Part shown: one piece after another, positions 1-20,378 of the stretch
Numbering within the stretch: position 1 is the first letter of the stretch
How the letters are laid out: each line of letters opens with the position of its first letter
From: Chrysomallon squamiferum
Taxonomy: Eukaryota > Animalia > Mollusca
Assembly (NCBI GenBank): GCA_012295275.1
Contig: CM022674.1
Location: 13,330,001-13,394,000, forward strand
DNA length: 64,000 nt
Reading direction: 5' to 3'
Made by a program: the position numbers and the translations under genes
The notes under the pieces: generated by a model
The model's database searches: none
Seen by the model: the letters and a program-made list of their open reading frames with translations, nothing else
Told to the model about the DNA's origin: nothing

Positions 1-680
1 GTCTGTGTGTGTGTGTGTGTGTCTGTTGATGTATTAAATAACTGCAGTAAACATTTTAATTTCTGAATTACTATGAATATACACTGTTCATCGAAAAAGA
101 ACTTATTATTTATTACTATTATTGTTGTTTCTGAGTTTTTTGTTATTATTAACTGTTGTTGTTGTTATTGTTATTTTGTTATTACTGTTCTTAAGAATGC
201 TGAAATTATTATTGATATTTTTGTTCTTGACATCGCAAAGTGGGATTATTCTAATACAGGGAAAGTTAAGTGTTTTAATTAGAATTTTTTATCATTCGTT
301 TTCTTGTGTTGATACTGAAATTTCATGTTTATTTAATAAATAAAGGTTTTGGAAATAAATATAGCTTGTTTTATTAACAGTTATAATAACTGCAATAGTA
401 ATAATATTTAATTAAAAATAGTTTATTTACTGTTTACTTACTTTAAAAAATAAACGGAATATCGAAAATGAAATTAAATGGAATTTATGGATAATAATAT
501 TTAATTATAAATTTGAAGACATTTTCACAAACATCGTTCACTCTTTCAGCATGCATTTAAAAAAAAAAAAAAATTTATTTTGTTTTTTAATTCTGTTGTA
601 TTTTAATATGTATAATTTGTTATAATTAAATATGATTGTCAGTATTATCATGTGTTGTTGTTGTTGTTGTTGTTGATTTT

Positions 681-730
<50 letters not shown>

Positions 731-1050
731 ATTCATTTATTTCCAGTAATCTTAGTATGCAATTACCTGTATTCCTTCACAAAACAGCCAAGTTCAAACC
801 TTCTTTGTGAAAAGCAACAAGAACTTGAGTAATACTTATTAATAATAATTATTCCTGCTTTTAAAACATTCACCTGAAGAGCGACAGCTACAAAGATCAA
901 TCCTCCACAATTCTCCCTTTTCATTTATTGTCCATCAGTGCCAGTTTCTGATGTGTCAGATTGTAAATACATAAAATAATAAAATAAATAAATAAATAAA
1001 TAAATAATTATAATAATAATAAATGATAACGATGACAACAATAACAAGAA

Positions 1051-1115
<65 letters not shown>

Positions 1116-1330
1116 CACTATTTCTTTTTAAATTTCCATCCACAGCTATCACTAATGCATGGATGTTTTCTATGATGATTTTGAAAGTAATATTTAGAAT
1201 TTTAAAATTTTAATCTACAGTAACTAATACGCAGATGAAAAGATTGAATGCTTAAAGATACCTAAACAAAATAATAATAATAATAAAAAAGGTTAAGAAA
1301 ATAAAGAAAAAAAAAAAAAAGACTAATAAG

Positions 1331-1367
<37 letters not shown>

Positions 1368-1773
1368 ATAATAATAATAATAATAATAATACTAAACAAA
1401 ATAATAATAAATAATAAAAATCGATAAATAAAAATTAGTTTTTAATTTTTATTTTATTATTATTTTTTGTGTTTCCAACGACAGAAACTGAAACGTTCTT
1501 TATTTACAAAGTCAAAAACTAAGTTATATACATTAATGAGTGAAGTCAATTTACATACAACGTCCTAAGATAAATTTTACAACAATTAAATGAAAAAATA
1601 TCTAGAATAATAATAATAAAAATAATGAACATCAAAAATAATAATAATCATAATAATATTACTACTGCTATTATTACTATTATTACTATTAATAATAATA
1701 ACAGCAGCAACAACAATGATAACAATAATAACAAAATTAATTTTAATATTAACAGTAGTAATAACAATAATAA

Positions 1774-1804
<31 letters not shown>

Positions 1805-1882
1805 ATAGACAAACAAACAAAGGAACTAAAAGACAGTCATATTTTTCATCTTCAAACCATCATCCATTTGTTTCGTAGCATT

Positions 1883-8374
<6,492 letters not shown>

Positions 8375-9324
8375 CTCTGGATGAATATTAAACATCGCCT
8401 TAGTTACCTGTGTAAGAGTACAGATATAACATTTTCTATATCTACCTACTATTATATATATATATATATACATACTATGTATACTAAATACTATATACTG
8501 CATTAAATATATGTCTGAGAGAGAGAGAAATACTTTTATTTTGCTTTGTTCATATATATATATATACACACACACATATACATATATATATATATACACA
8601 CACACACACCCACACGCACATACACACACAATTATTATTATCGTTATTATCATAATAATAATAATTGTTATTATTAGTGCTGTTGTTATTATTACATGTT
8701 TTTATTTTTATAGTAAAATTTTCTTCAATGTAATATTTATTGCTTTAGTGTTTAAGTAAATCTATTGTCATCCTGTTGTTGCTGTTTTTCTCAACTTGCA
8801 CATATTTATTTTTGCCACTGAACAAACTGCACAACTTTTATAAATAAATTAATGATTGTATTGTAATAATAACGATAGTTTAAATTGTAGATCGATTAGC
8901 TTTGTCAAATAATTTATGTTTCAGCGCAAATTCATGAAAAAACCGACAGAAATGTATTTATCTGGAAAAGTTTTTGAACACCAATTTGAAGAACAATAAC
9001 AAATATTTCTGATGACAAGAAAAGAAACCTAGAGACTTAATCGATCTACAACAATACAACTGATGACGTCATGACCATTAAAAAAAATGGCGTCGAGAAA
9101 TATTTTAAGAACACAGTTTTATTGTTTATAATTCATTATTATCTAACAATGATCAACGAAAACAAAAGAGAAAACTACTTCTGCATAATACTATTTTTAT
9201 ACTGCTTCTATTCATAAAAGGTACGCTTTTATAAAAAAAAAAAAAAATTATTTTTGTTTAAATCTTTTATGTATGTCTCTTCTTTTGGTGAAATAGTTTT
9301 AATACAAAATCACGCAGCCATACT

Positions 9325-9591
9325 TCAGATTAAAACAATGAAATCTATTAGGCTTTTTGCGATTATCAATTTATCAGAATGTTTCATCACCAGTGCAGAA
9401 CAGGCCCTTGTTGTCACGAGAATGAGAAAAGAGTATAATTGATGTGCATTGTTCTCGTTGCCGGTTGTTTTGATTGTCAAGCTCTTTGCCGTGTTTTCTT
9501 TCTGTGTGCTTGGATAACTGTAATGATTGCCATTGTTGATGACCATTACTGGACAACCTCCTTCGTCAAGGTTTTTACCAGCCCCACTCAT
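9325..9591 (-). CDS. Possible small orphan ORF (88 aa) in a two-exon transcript
   Basis: Non-repetitive ORF MSGAGKNLDEGGCPV... with AAAACAATG start context, TTTCAG acceptor at 9607-9608, upstream GTAAGT donor at 10508 and minus-strand AATAAA at 9118-9123. No recognisable domain. Confidence 0.3.
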   Translation of the reverse strand: MSGAGKNLDEGGCPVMVINNGNHYSYPSTQKENTAKSLTIKTTGNENNAHQLYSFLILVTTRACSALVMKHSDKLIIAKSLIDFIVLI

Positions 9592-9656
9592 TGTTTTGTC
9601 CTTCGACTGAAAGTTACTGACACTGTTGTCTCAAAGCAATACAAGTCATCATTTAA

Positions 9657-9755
<99 letters not shown>

Positions 9756-10346
9756 ATTCATCCATCTATCTATCCATATACCTACCTACCTGTATATCTA
9801 CATAGCTATCTATTTATATGTCTGTCTTCCCTATTTATCTGTCTGTATATCTGTCTGTATGTCTGTCTACCTATCCGTCTACAGACACACATACAAACAT
9901 ACGTATGTATATTGTTATCATTTTGTTGCTGTTTGTGAGTTTATTTATTTAACTTATTTTTCAAAAAATACCAACTGACAGCGAAGAAACAATAACAACA
10001 ACCACTACAGTAATAACTAATATGATGATGATAATGATGATGATGATGATGATGATTATAATAATAATTGTAAATTTACTTATATTTCTGAATAAAAATA
10101 TTCTTTGGTTGCCGAAATGACTGTTAGTGCAATGAGAATATGACAAATATTTTTAATATTACAAATAGCAATTAAAAAAATAAATAATAAAAATTAAGAA
10201 TGTGATTAAGAATAAAAATTAGGAATAAAATAAAATAAAATAAAATAAAATAAAATAAAATAAAACAAAATAATAACCTAATCAAAAAACTACAAATCAA
10301 ACGAAAACACAGTTTATAAACCAAACTTTGCGTCGCTAACACCACC

Positions 10347-10378
<32 letters not shown>

Positions 10379-10716
10379 CAATTAATTAAATAAATACAGA
10401 TTAAAAACAAACAAACCAAATAATAATATTATAACTGAATGCACTCTAGAAAACATTTTGCAAATACCACAACGACAACAACAACAGCAACGACATTTGA
10501 AAACTTACGGCAGCCTATCTCCAAAGCGTGCAGTGTGTAGACTATGCTCTAATGTCAATAATTCAGTTGCACTTTACGGACAGATCGAAAGAGAGACCGG
10601 AGACCAGTTAACGTCTGCTCACAAAGCGTAACGCACAAGAGATCCACGCTACATGATTTCTGCTAACCAGTAGAGGCGGGTCTGAAATCATTACAGTGAT
10701 TTAATATACTTACCAC

Positions 10717-11152
10717 TGAAAATATCTACCTGTATGAGATTGTTTACCTGTATGAAAATGTTTAACTGTATGAAAATTGTATACTTGTATGAAAATGTTT
10801 AACTGTAAGAAAATGTCTACCTGTATGAAAATATCTACCTGTATGAAAATGTTTACCCGTATGAAAATGTTTACCTGTATGAAAATGTTTACCTGTATGA
10901 GTATGGTTAACTATATGAAAATGTTTACCTGTATGAGATTGTCTACCTGTATGAAAATGTTTACCTGTATGAAAATTGTTAACCTGTATGAAAATGTCTA
11001 CCTGAATGAAAATGTTTACCTGAATGAAAATGTTTACCCGTGTGAAAATGTTTACCTGTATGAAAATGTTTACCCGTGTGAAAATATTTACCTATATGAA
11101 AATGTTTACCTGAATGGAAATGTTTACCTGTATGAAAATGTCTATCTGTATT
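10717..11152. repeat. 18-bp minisatellite (consensus ATGAAAATGTTTACCTGT, ~24 units)
   Basis: Directly visible tandem array; occasional 19-bp units. Confidence 0.95.
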
Positions 11153-11384
11153 AAAATATTTAGCTAGTGACTGTCCTACTACTACTACTACTATCATTAA
11201 TATTACTATTATTACTACTACTGGTGCAACTGCAACTACCATACTATTACTTCTACTGCTGTTTATTGTTATTATCACTATTACTATTATTATTACTGCT
11301 ACTACTGCTACTATTGTTTTATATCTTCTTCTTATTCTTATTAGTAGTTCTAGTAGCAGTAGTATTAGTATTAGTAGTAGTAGC

Positions 11385-11416
<32 letters not shown>

Positions 11417-11854
11417 CAGCACTATCATTATTACTATTATGTTATTACCGCTAATACCGTTTAATATTTTTACTTCCTTTTTATAAGTTAATTAATTAAT
11501 TTACGACTGTTATCATCATCGTCATCATCATTATCATTAATATAAGCATGTTTTCACAATTTAAAAATAATTTAATGCACCTGTATGACGCAAAATTTCT
11601 TTCTAAAACCGGCGTCACGGGGATTGGTGCCTGAATGACCCCCCACCCCCCGCGCGCGCGCACGCGCTATTTACGCGGTGGTTGTAGATTATCGCACTGA
11701 AATCGTTTCCAGAATCAATTGATACTCCGAGCGAAACAAAATAGTTTTGTGTTTAATTGCTTTTTAAATGTTGTTTGGCTTCGCCTTTCCGTCGAGATAA
11801 ACAACAGCTCGGGGGATCGATACCTGCTTGCGGATTCTGAACAAAAAATCCAAA

Positions 11855-11885
<31 letters not shown>

Positions 11886-12086
11886 AAAATACTATAACAG
11901 TAACAATAATTTTACTTTGGCACTTGTTCGTGCAAATGACTTTAATAGACTGAGTAGCCCCCCACACATAATTAAAGTCTATTAACGGAATTGCAGATGA
12001 ATGTAAAAGCCGAACTTGTTTAAAGTTACAAGATATTATTTTATTTGGATGGATTAACAAAGAGTGATAACAAAAAATACTATCTT

Positions 12087-12221
12087 TACAAAACATTTGC
12101 TACGTCATAACTGGAATCATGACGTCATCGCGTACACGGTTGACTTACATCAGTACTGTTTTCTGAAAAAACCTTCACAGCAAATCGGCGCTATTACGTC
12201 ACTACTATAGAAAAATGACGT
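12087..12221. mobile_element. ~135-bp dispersed repeat, copy 2
   Basis: Matches 7992-8125; TACGTCAT...ATGACGTA inverted pair near its ends. Confidence 0.45.
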
Positions 12222-12718
12222 AACCTAAATATTTCTAACTACACACATTTGTTGCTATGCTTTCTGATTAATGAAATAATAAAATATAACTTGGAATCAT
12301 TCCAGATATACACTTTAATGATTTATATATCTCATATGCTTCCATGTTATTGTTATTTTTGCCTCTGATTGCGTATCTGTGGTAATAAAAACATTACGAA
12401 AATATATAATTGTTATTTCGAATGCGACGACCCAACCATATCACGCTTTGGGGAAACGATAGAAAGTATGACAGCATTTTATTTCTGAACAAATTGACAC
12501 TACTGTTTTTGATGAAAAATAAAACTAGATACAAATATTGATTAACGTGATTGAGTTCTGTTCATCTCTACGTATGTTGGTGCTTGAGAATAATTAAGTA
12601 ATATAAATCGTTATCTAATGGTTTTTTTTAATAATGTATAGAAACTACCTGTACAGACTGTAATCCTGAATTAGTATGCATTAACACAATTTAATATTTA
12701 ATTATTAAAAAAAAACAT

Positions 12719-12804
<86 letters not shown>

Positions 12805-12805
12805 A

Positions 12806-13040
12806 GGAATATTCTATGACATTTTAAAGTCATGATTTAGTAATAAAAAGAAAATAGAAAGAAAAGAAAATTATGAAATAAAAAGAAAAAAAGAGAAAAC
12901 CCATAAAGAACGAAAGAAAAACAAGAATATTCTATGACTTTTTAAAGCCATGATTTTGTAGGGGGGTTTGTGAAAGAAAGAAAGAAAGAACAAAAGAAAA
13001 ACAGTAGGAATATTCTATGACATTTTAAAGCCATGATTTT
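12806..13040. repeat. Three ~33-bp direct repeats separated by A/G-rich low-complexity spacers
   Basis: GAATATTCTATGAC(A/T)TTTTAAAG(T/C)CATGATTT at ~12807, 12925 and 13008. Confidence 0.8.
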
Positions 13041-13225
13041 TTGAAAAGAACAAAAGGCTTTTTTATTAATAAATTTTATTAAAATGTTAACAAATGGTAA
13101 AAGAATATATACGAATTCAGTTACAATTTTTCAAAGTAAATATTTTACAGAATTTTGTTTTAACTTATTTTCAAGAAGTCTGTAGAAATGTATTTATTCT
13201 TAATGTAAAGTGTTTTGTTTCTCAA

Positions 13226-13258
<33 letters not shown>

Positions 13259-13636
13259 CAAACTCACACACAGATGTATTCGAAAGAAAGATGACCTTTA
13301 TAAACATTTTAATGTATTTTTAACGAACATATATTATATAATATAGTAAAGAACAAATTAATCAAATTTAAAATTTAAACATTTAAAAAAATTTTAAATT
13401 AAAATTCATTTAAAGAAAAAAGAGAAAGAAAAGCAAAGAAGAAAAAGAAAAAAGAAACGAAATTAATGTTAAAGAGACTGTACTAATAATGTTAAAAGTT
13501 AAAATTATGATTTAAATTATAATAAATAGATAAATAAATTTAAAAAGTACATACCATATTTTATAGAAGTATATTCAGTAGAAGATTTTATTTTTTCCAT
13601 ATTATTTAAGTAACTAAATTTTTTAAAATCAAACTT

Positions 13637-13667
<31 letters not shown>

Positions 13668-15577
13668 TTCATTTATTTATTTATTTAGTTAAATCTTGAT
13701 TTTTACGGCTGCAGCCGAAGATTCAGAAAGTTAACGCCATAAAATAAAACAGCAGAGAAAGAAATTAATCTTTCAAACAGTTGAGTTAATTTAATAAGCA
13801 AAAGCAGTAAGTCAACGTACTTCGACACTTTAATTCCCGCAGTTAACGGTGCATTTCGGCAATTCCCTTTAGCCAATAACAGTAAAATGTTTAAACACAA
13901 CGGTACACGTGCTCGCGCATTCCGGAACACAACGACAGACGGCTCTGAAACGTTTACAAAACAATTTATGAATATCTGTCTTCTATTGATGACGTTCGTT
14001 TACGACGCCATCTGACGTAGTGACACTGACGAATGGCGCACGCGACGTGTCAGCAGAGCGTGCGCGTTATCTCGAGCACCAGACGATATTGTTTCGCGGG
14101 TTTTTATTACCGCTACGCGCTCAAGTGTGTCGCGCCCATATCTCGAAGCGGTGTAGAGAGAAAAATGACACAATGCGTCATTTTGCCCGGCCGAACATCT
14201 GTTTGCTAGTGAGAGGGACAATAATTGTAGTGTGCGATCGTGACCGCCGGGTCAGCTGTCAGTTTATAGTCGGGGTTAATACTGTGAAGAGTGTTTAGGC
14301 GAAATGGGGAGCGGAACCGCGGGTTACGAGAAAAACGTATTGATGTAATAGAATGGAAGAAAACGGGGTCGAACTGATGTCAAATAAAATGAGAGAGGGT
14401 CAAAAGTGATGAAAGTGGTTGCTGTAAAATAACTTTGATTAACTAGAACGTGTACAAAATGTCGTGTCCTTTATGAGCAGTTTATAATAATAATAATAAT
14501 AACAGTAATAAAAGTAATAATAATAATAATAATAATAATTTACAGACTTTTATAGTTATAAAATTGTTTTGTAGCTATTTGAATTTTGATTAATTCAAAA
14601 TAAACTGAAATAATAATAACAGATGAGGAAGAAAATATAAATTAAATAAATAACGGTAGTAGTAGTAGTAGTGGTAGTAACAGTAACAGTAACATTAGTG
14701 ATAATGGTAGTAGTAGTAGTAGTAGTAATTATAAATTAAATTTTAAATTAAATAAATAACGATAGTAGTAGTAGTAATAATAGTAGTAGCAGTAGGAGTA
14801 ACAGTAACAGTAGTAATAATGGTAGTAGTAGTAGTAGCAGCAACAGCAGCAACAGCAATAGTAGTAGTAGTAGTAGCAGCAGCAGCAGGAGTAGTAGTAG
14901 TATTATACTGATTACGATAATTGAATATAATTCATATCACAGTATCATTATATATAACACTTTCAGCTCCGGGACACGAACTCTCTCTGCCTCACATTTC
15001 AACCGGCTGTGACGTAATTTCCGCTCGGAGATAGTTCTCAATTGCACTGTGAATGAATGGTAAACAGATGCTGTGGTGACAGACAGATAGTGATAGGTCC
15101 CAGATGAGCCGGACGAAACCTCTTGTGACGTAACGCACTAATCATCACCATAGTGATAAACAACCTTGCTCTATATTTGTTGTCATTGTTAATGGCGCGG
15201 CACGAGCGACTCGTGATTAGCACGCGCAATGTCGGACTCTCCACATACAGTAATAAAATGCAGAAACCGATTAGATGAATATTTTAGTGCGAAATGTTTG
15301 GTAAATTAAAATGAATAAATAAACAAAATCGAATAGAATTGAATTAATCTTTATTTCTGCGAAATGTTCGTCATCATGATGTGATGATGATGATCGTCGT
15401 AATTATCATCATTATCTTATTCATCTTTGTCAACTGAACGTTTTTTTGTTTTTTTATTTATTTATTTTTTAAGTTATTTAAATTGGTTTGTTTGCTTATT
15501 TATTTATTTTTCAAGTAGAAAACAGTGATGCTGAATTGTAAAACGTTTTACATTGTTTAACGAATATACATTCCACG

Positions 15578-15656
<79 letters not shown>

Positions 15657-15739
15657 TAGATAATAAATTCGAAAATCGAATAAAAATTAGCTTTTCGTCT
15701 TTATTGTTATTGTTGTTACTGTGTTTCTTTTTCTTCTTC

Positions 15740-15773
<34 letters not shown>

Positions 15774-16237
15774 AATAACATAGGATATGAATTAGTTGAT
15801 GAAGTCTTCAGGTTTATCAGCTAAACATCTGTGTTAAGTATTAGTAATATTGTGCTACCAGGTGCTTTTTATTTTTATTTTTAACAATCAGAACAATACG
15901 AAACAAACGAGAAGAAAGAAACGGACAAAACCTGAACGGACGTTCATGTTTTTCTGTTCACACAATAGCACGACTTTACGTTTGCAACTGTTTCTCAACC
16001 CGAGGTTAAACTATGGAGTTACTGTCATGTTTATCCAGACTAGGGAATCTTCACCGAGTACAATAAAACTCGGACCCCATCCAGAAGGAATTAAAACATC
16101 TATGGAAATCCTCCACAGGAAAAATATTAAATACAAAAAAAAGTGTCAGAGCACGCAAATAAAGATGTCAACCGAGAAACGGTGACACTGTCGGAATGAA
16201 TACCGCCACAGTGACCTCGTTCTCGGTGAATTAACAT

Positions 16238-16295
16238 CACGTGACCTGCGACAGGTGCAGGTCGGAAACGACAGCGAGCGAGAATTCCGTGGGAA
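16238..16295 (+). promoter_or_regulatory. Candidate Notch-responsive enhancer module: Su(H)/CSL site plus E-boxes
   Basis: CGTGGGAA at 16288-16295, ACAGGTG at 16251-16257 and CACGTG at 16238-16243 inside a CpG-rich island 6.5 kb upstream of the HES gene. Motif match only. Confidence 0.4.
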
Positions 16296-16863
16296 AAAGA
16301 GAAACGCGCAGTGTTACCCAGAATACCGCGGGACAATGGTGTCACTTTCGGTCACGCTCTGTCAGTTTGCGGCTGGGAAGCGTCTCTAGCATATTCGAGT
16401 GCGTTGGCATTCAGCGCCGCGGACCGTTAGAGGCAAATTAAAGCGTTATCGCGTGACAAACACTTTTAGATAACTCGGCCTGTTTCCATTGACGACAGTC
16501 GCGTAACAATGGACGGATAAACGTGGGCTTCAGTGACGTCATGTGATTGGGTTCTCTTCGCGCGTAATGGCCTATTTATGGCGCTCGGTTAAAACCTTAG
16601 GGAGTGTGGGGGGATTGATGGAACGACTGGAGGGGCTGCCGGCGACGTGTTGACACTAATTGAAAACGGTTTGGTTCTGTAACCGGATTCGTCACCTGTG
16701 TCTGATAATGTAGTGTTTGTAGCGTTTTAGAGTTAATTACAGGTAAAATTAAAATTAAAATAAAAATAAAAATAATTTAAAAAAATAAAATAAAATAACA
16801 AATAATGTTTTAGTGAAATTAGAAAACGAAAATAATAATAATAATAATAATAATCATAATAAC

Positions 16864-16913
<50 letters not shown>

Positions 16914-17249
16914 AAAGACATATACATACATACATACATACAAACATAAATAAATACATGCATGCATACATATATATATGTGTATAGAAATACACATGCA
17001 CATATATATATATGTGTGTGTGTGTGTGTATGTATATGTATGTATGTATTATATATGTATGTATATGCACACACATACGCACACACACACAAACATATAG
17101 AGGAACGCCATCACCTCCCATCTAGTTTCCTCTACATCAAAGACCGTGGTATGTGTTGCTCTGTCTAAATGAAATATGCATACTAAAGATTATTTTCTAC
17201 TAAAAAAAAATAAAGCTAATTTTTCCGTAGTCAGAATAAAGATATATGT

Positions 17250-17430
17250 CAGGCATCCAATTTGGTAGTTAAACAACTTCGAATCCAATCCACAACTGAC
17301 ATGTTTTTAACTAAACAAACAACAAGAATGGTACATAATTACGTTAGACATCTGATTTGGTAGAGAAAACAAAACAACTTCAGTTCAAATCCTCAATTGA
17401 CATGTTTTTAACTAAACAAACACGAAGAAG
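17250..17430. repeat. Two-copy degenerate tandem duplication (~100-110 bp)
   Basis: 'atttggtag...aaacaacttc...tgacatgtttttaactaaacaaac' occurs twice. Confidence 0.7.
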
Positions 17431-18279
17431 AATAATCTAAACGAAGACGTTTTGACATTAAATTTTGCCAATACTAAATTAAAGGATTTATTTTTTATTT
17501 TTTTTAACAAAGCTTATCACTGGTTTGTTTTGAAATCATCGCAATTGTTTAAAATGACAGCGATTGGTTCTGCTTGTTTTATAATGAAATTTTAATTAGA
17601 AAGCAAGTGACACAGACTGGCCAATCATTCGTCAAGTTTCAAATATCATTAAGGTTAGTTCATAAGGGATGACTTGTAAAAACAGTCTCTGTGACATGCC
17701 AATTAAAGATAAATTTATGAAATAATTACTAATTTAATTTAAAATTTTATAATTTGTGGAGGATTTTTGCAAAATGGTTCAAAATTGATTACAAGTAATA
17801 TTTTATGAAATGTTTCTACAAGTCGATCTGTACTTTAGTGGCTTTACTGTGAACTTAAACAAAGTAGAGACTGTGGCACTGATTTGACACAATGTCCTAC
17901 ATAAACACGTTAATCGGAGTGACATTGATTTCTTTTATCTCTTTAATTATCATTTGTGTCTAATCGTTTAATCCTAGTCATCATTAAACTGTTTTCCCAA
18001 TCTAAACCCTCTCTCTCCCAAGATGACATTTGTCCTATTTGAAATAAATTATTACTCTTGAATTTTAATTTCTTACATTTGCCTTCACTTTAATTAACAT
18101 TTCCCTAGTTACTCTTGTTAGTTATTTTCATCACAAACTTTTGATTTTTCACATTTCGATGTTGGATATGATAACAAAGGTAAAAAAAAAAAAAAAAAGA
18201 AATATAAATATCCACTGTCTAGTTAAAATATTATAATAGTTTATTATTAGTAAAATCTAGACTTAAGCAATGTATAACG

Positions 18280-18316
<37 letters not shown>

Positions 18317-19099
18317 AATAATAATAAATAAAACCTCAGAAAAAAAAAAAAAAAAGATAATTTTTAAAATTAAATTGTTGACAGCATTTATAAATAAACT
18401 CTAATAAAATAATAACCACCTATCTATCTACATAACTAACTAACTAAATAAATAAAAGAAAAGAAAATGAAAACAAAAATAAAAACAAATAAATAACAAA
18501 TCAGAATTATTTGGAAGTGCTCAAAACAAACACACACAGACGTGCACGCACTCACATACGGACGCACGCACACACACACACACACACTATTTCGTAGCAC
18601 CTACTTTGTACATACAACGACAACGGCACCTCAACATTTATTTAAGATTGCTCGGTTTGCTTTCTACCACAATCATGACGGTAAAACCCAGCCCCCCCTA
18701 AACCCAGCCCCCAACCCCCCTCAAAACCCAGCATGTCTTAAAAATGTACAGACATCCAGACGGCAATAATTTATCGTCTTATTTTTACCTTCACACTCTC
18801 GGTGTTTGGATTAACGGATTACGGTAATCTGTTGATGAGAAAAAAGACGTGTTAAGTAGATATAACTGTTGGACAGGTAAACATGTTTGGTTTAACCTTT
18901 AAATGATTTATAAAGATGTAAGAGATGAAACGTCTGGTTTCTGATTGCTAGGCAGCCATCTTGCATCTCACTGCTGTCATAGTTGTCATTATTTTATTCT
19001 GAATATCGGTAGTGACAGACAGACAGTCAGACGTAAACAGATTAGTTACAGTGGAATTCACCTGTCAATTACCATGGGTGTTTGTTTTAATCTCACGGA

Positions 19100-19245
<146 letters not shown>

Positions 19246-20370
19246 GAGAGAGAGAGAGAGAGGGAGAACGTTATTTTAAATACTATCACAAATTTTCTTC
19301 CTAAAACACTAGAGATATTAAAAGGACAGGAAAAAAGATATATGAACCAAACGGAGTTACAGAAAGAGACATTATATTTTACTGATACAGATACAGAAAG
19401 ACAGAAAGACAGAGTGAGAGAAAACAATAATATAAAAAATTCTATTATATATATATGGAAACGTTTTGAATTGTAACCAGACATAAAAAAAATAATTATA
19501 TACTCAAATTAAATGAAACGTATTACTAAAATTTAAACAAACAACACGAAATCTCAATCATCTGATCTTTATTTACACCCTGGCCCTACTTCGCTCGATA
19601 AATTCATAACTGACAAATACATATGCAATATATATCTACATACATCTATTTGTTTAAGTCAAACTGGCCGAAATAAAGTCTAGCTCTCTTAAGTCGAATG
19701 TGATTAGAAATTACTGGATTACGTCAGAAAACAAACATCATTTCAGAAAATGCAGACTAAATAAACTGTATTTTTTTTGATAGTGCTAAACTAAATCGAG
19801 GTTTAAAACATGGCGGTTCTGTTGCAGACAGACCATCCCAGGTGTGTCGATGCCCCCGGGTTGTCTGTTAAAACAATGTTACTGTATTAGCGGATTAATT
19901 AGAGAGAAAAGTGAAGTATCTTGCGCTTCTTCAGTCACCTCTGGGTTCGAACCGCCAGCGGGACGCGATACCAGTATCTGCCAGTGTAAAAAATTCATTT
20001 CTTAACCAATGAGTCTAGACAAAGGTTTTTTTCCTGCTATTTTACAGAATGGAATAAATTATTATTTCTAGTTATCTCAAAACATTTTAAAATTACAGGT
20101 GTCAAACGTGAATATGCGTGTCTGTGTATTTGTATGTCTGTATGTGTTTCTGTCTATTTATATGTGTCTGTATGTATATCTGTGTGTATCTGTTTAAATG
20201 TCTGTATATATGTGTTCGTTTATATGTAACCGTGTACATGCATCTGTATATATATGTGTGTGTGTGTCTATTTGTTTATCTGTGAATAATAAAGAAGAAA
20301 GAATATGAATTTTCAACCATTTCATATTTTTCGTACATCGATTAACAAACAAGCATAGGTTATATACACC

Positions 20371-20378
20371 TTCCCACA
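20371..20378 (-). promoter_or_regulatory. Su(H)/CSL consensus site (TGTGGGAA)
   Basis: TTCCCACA on + strand, 2.4 kb upstream of HES. Motif match only. Confidence 0.3.

Noticed and set aside
10777-11428. Repeat ORFs (YENVYL)n, (MKMFTC)n and (FHTGKH)n
   Set aside because: They derive from the 18-bp minisatellite; 19-bp units break the frames and there is no start or splice context.
12806-13040. CRISPR array
   Set aside because: Eukaryotic intron-rich context, only three repeats, unequal low-complexity spacers and no cas genes.
19885-19975. tRNA or tRNA-derived SINE (B-box-like GGTTCGAACC at 19944-19953)
   Set aside because: No cloverleaf, convincing A box or second copy visible; at most a decayed SINE head.
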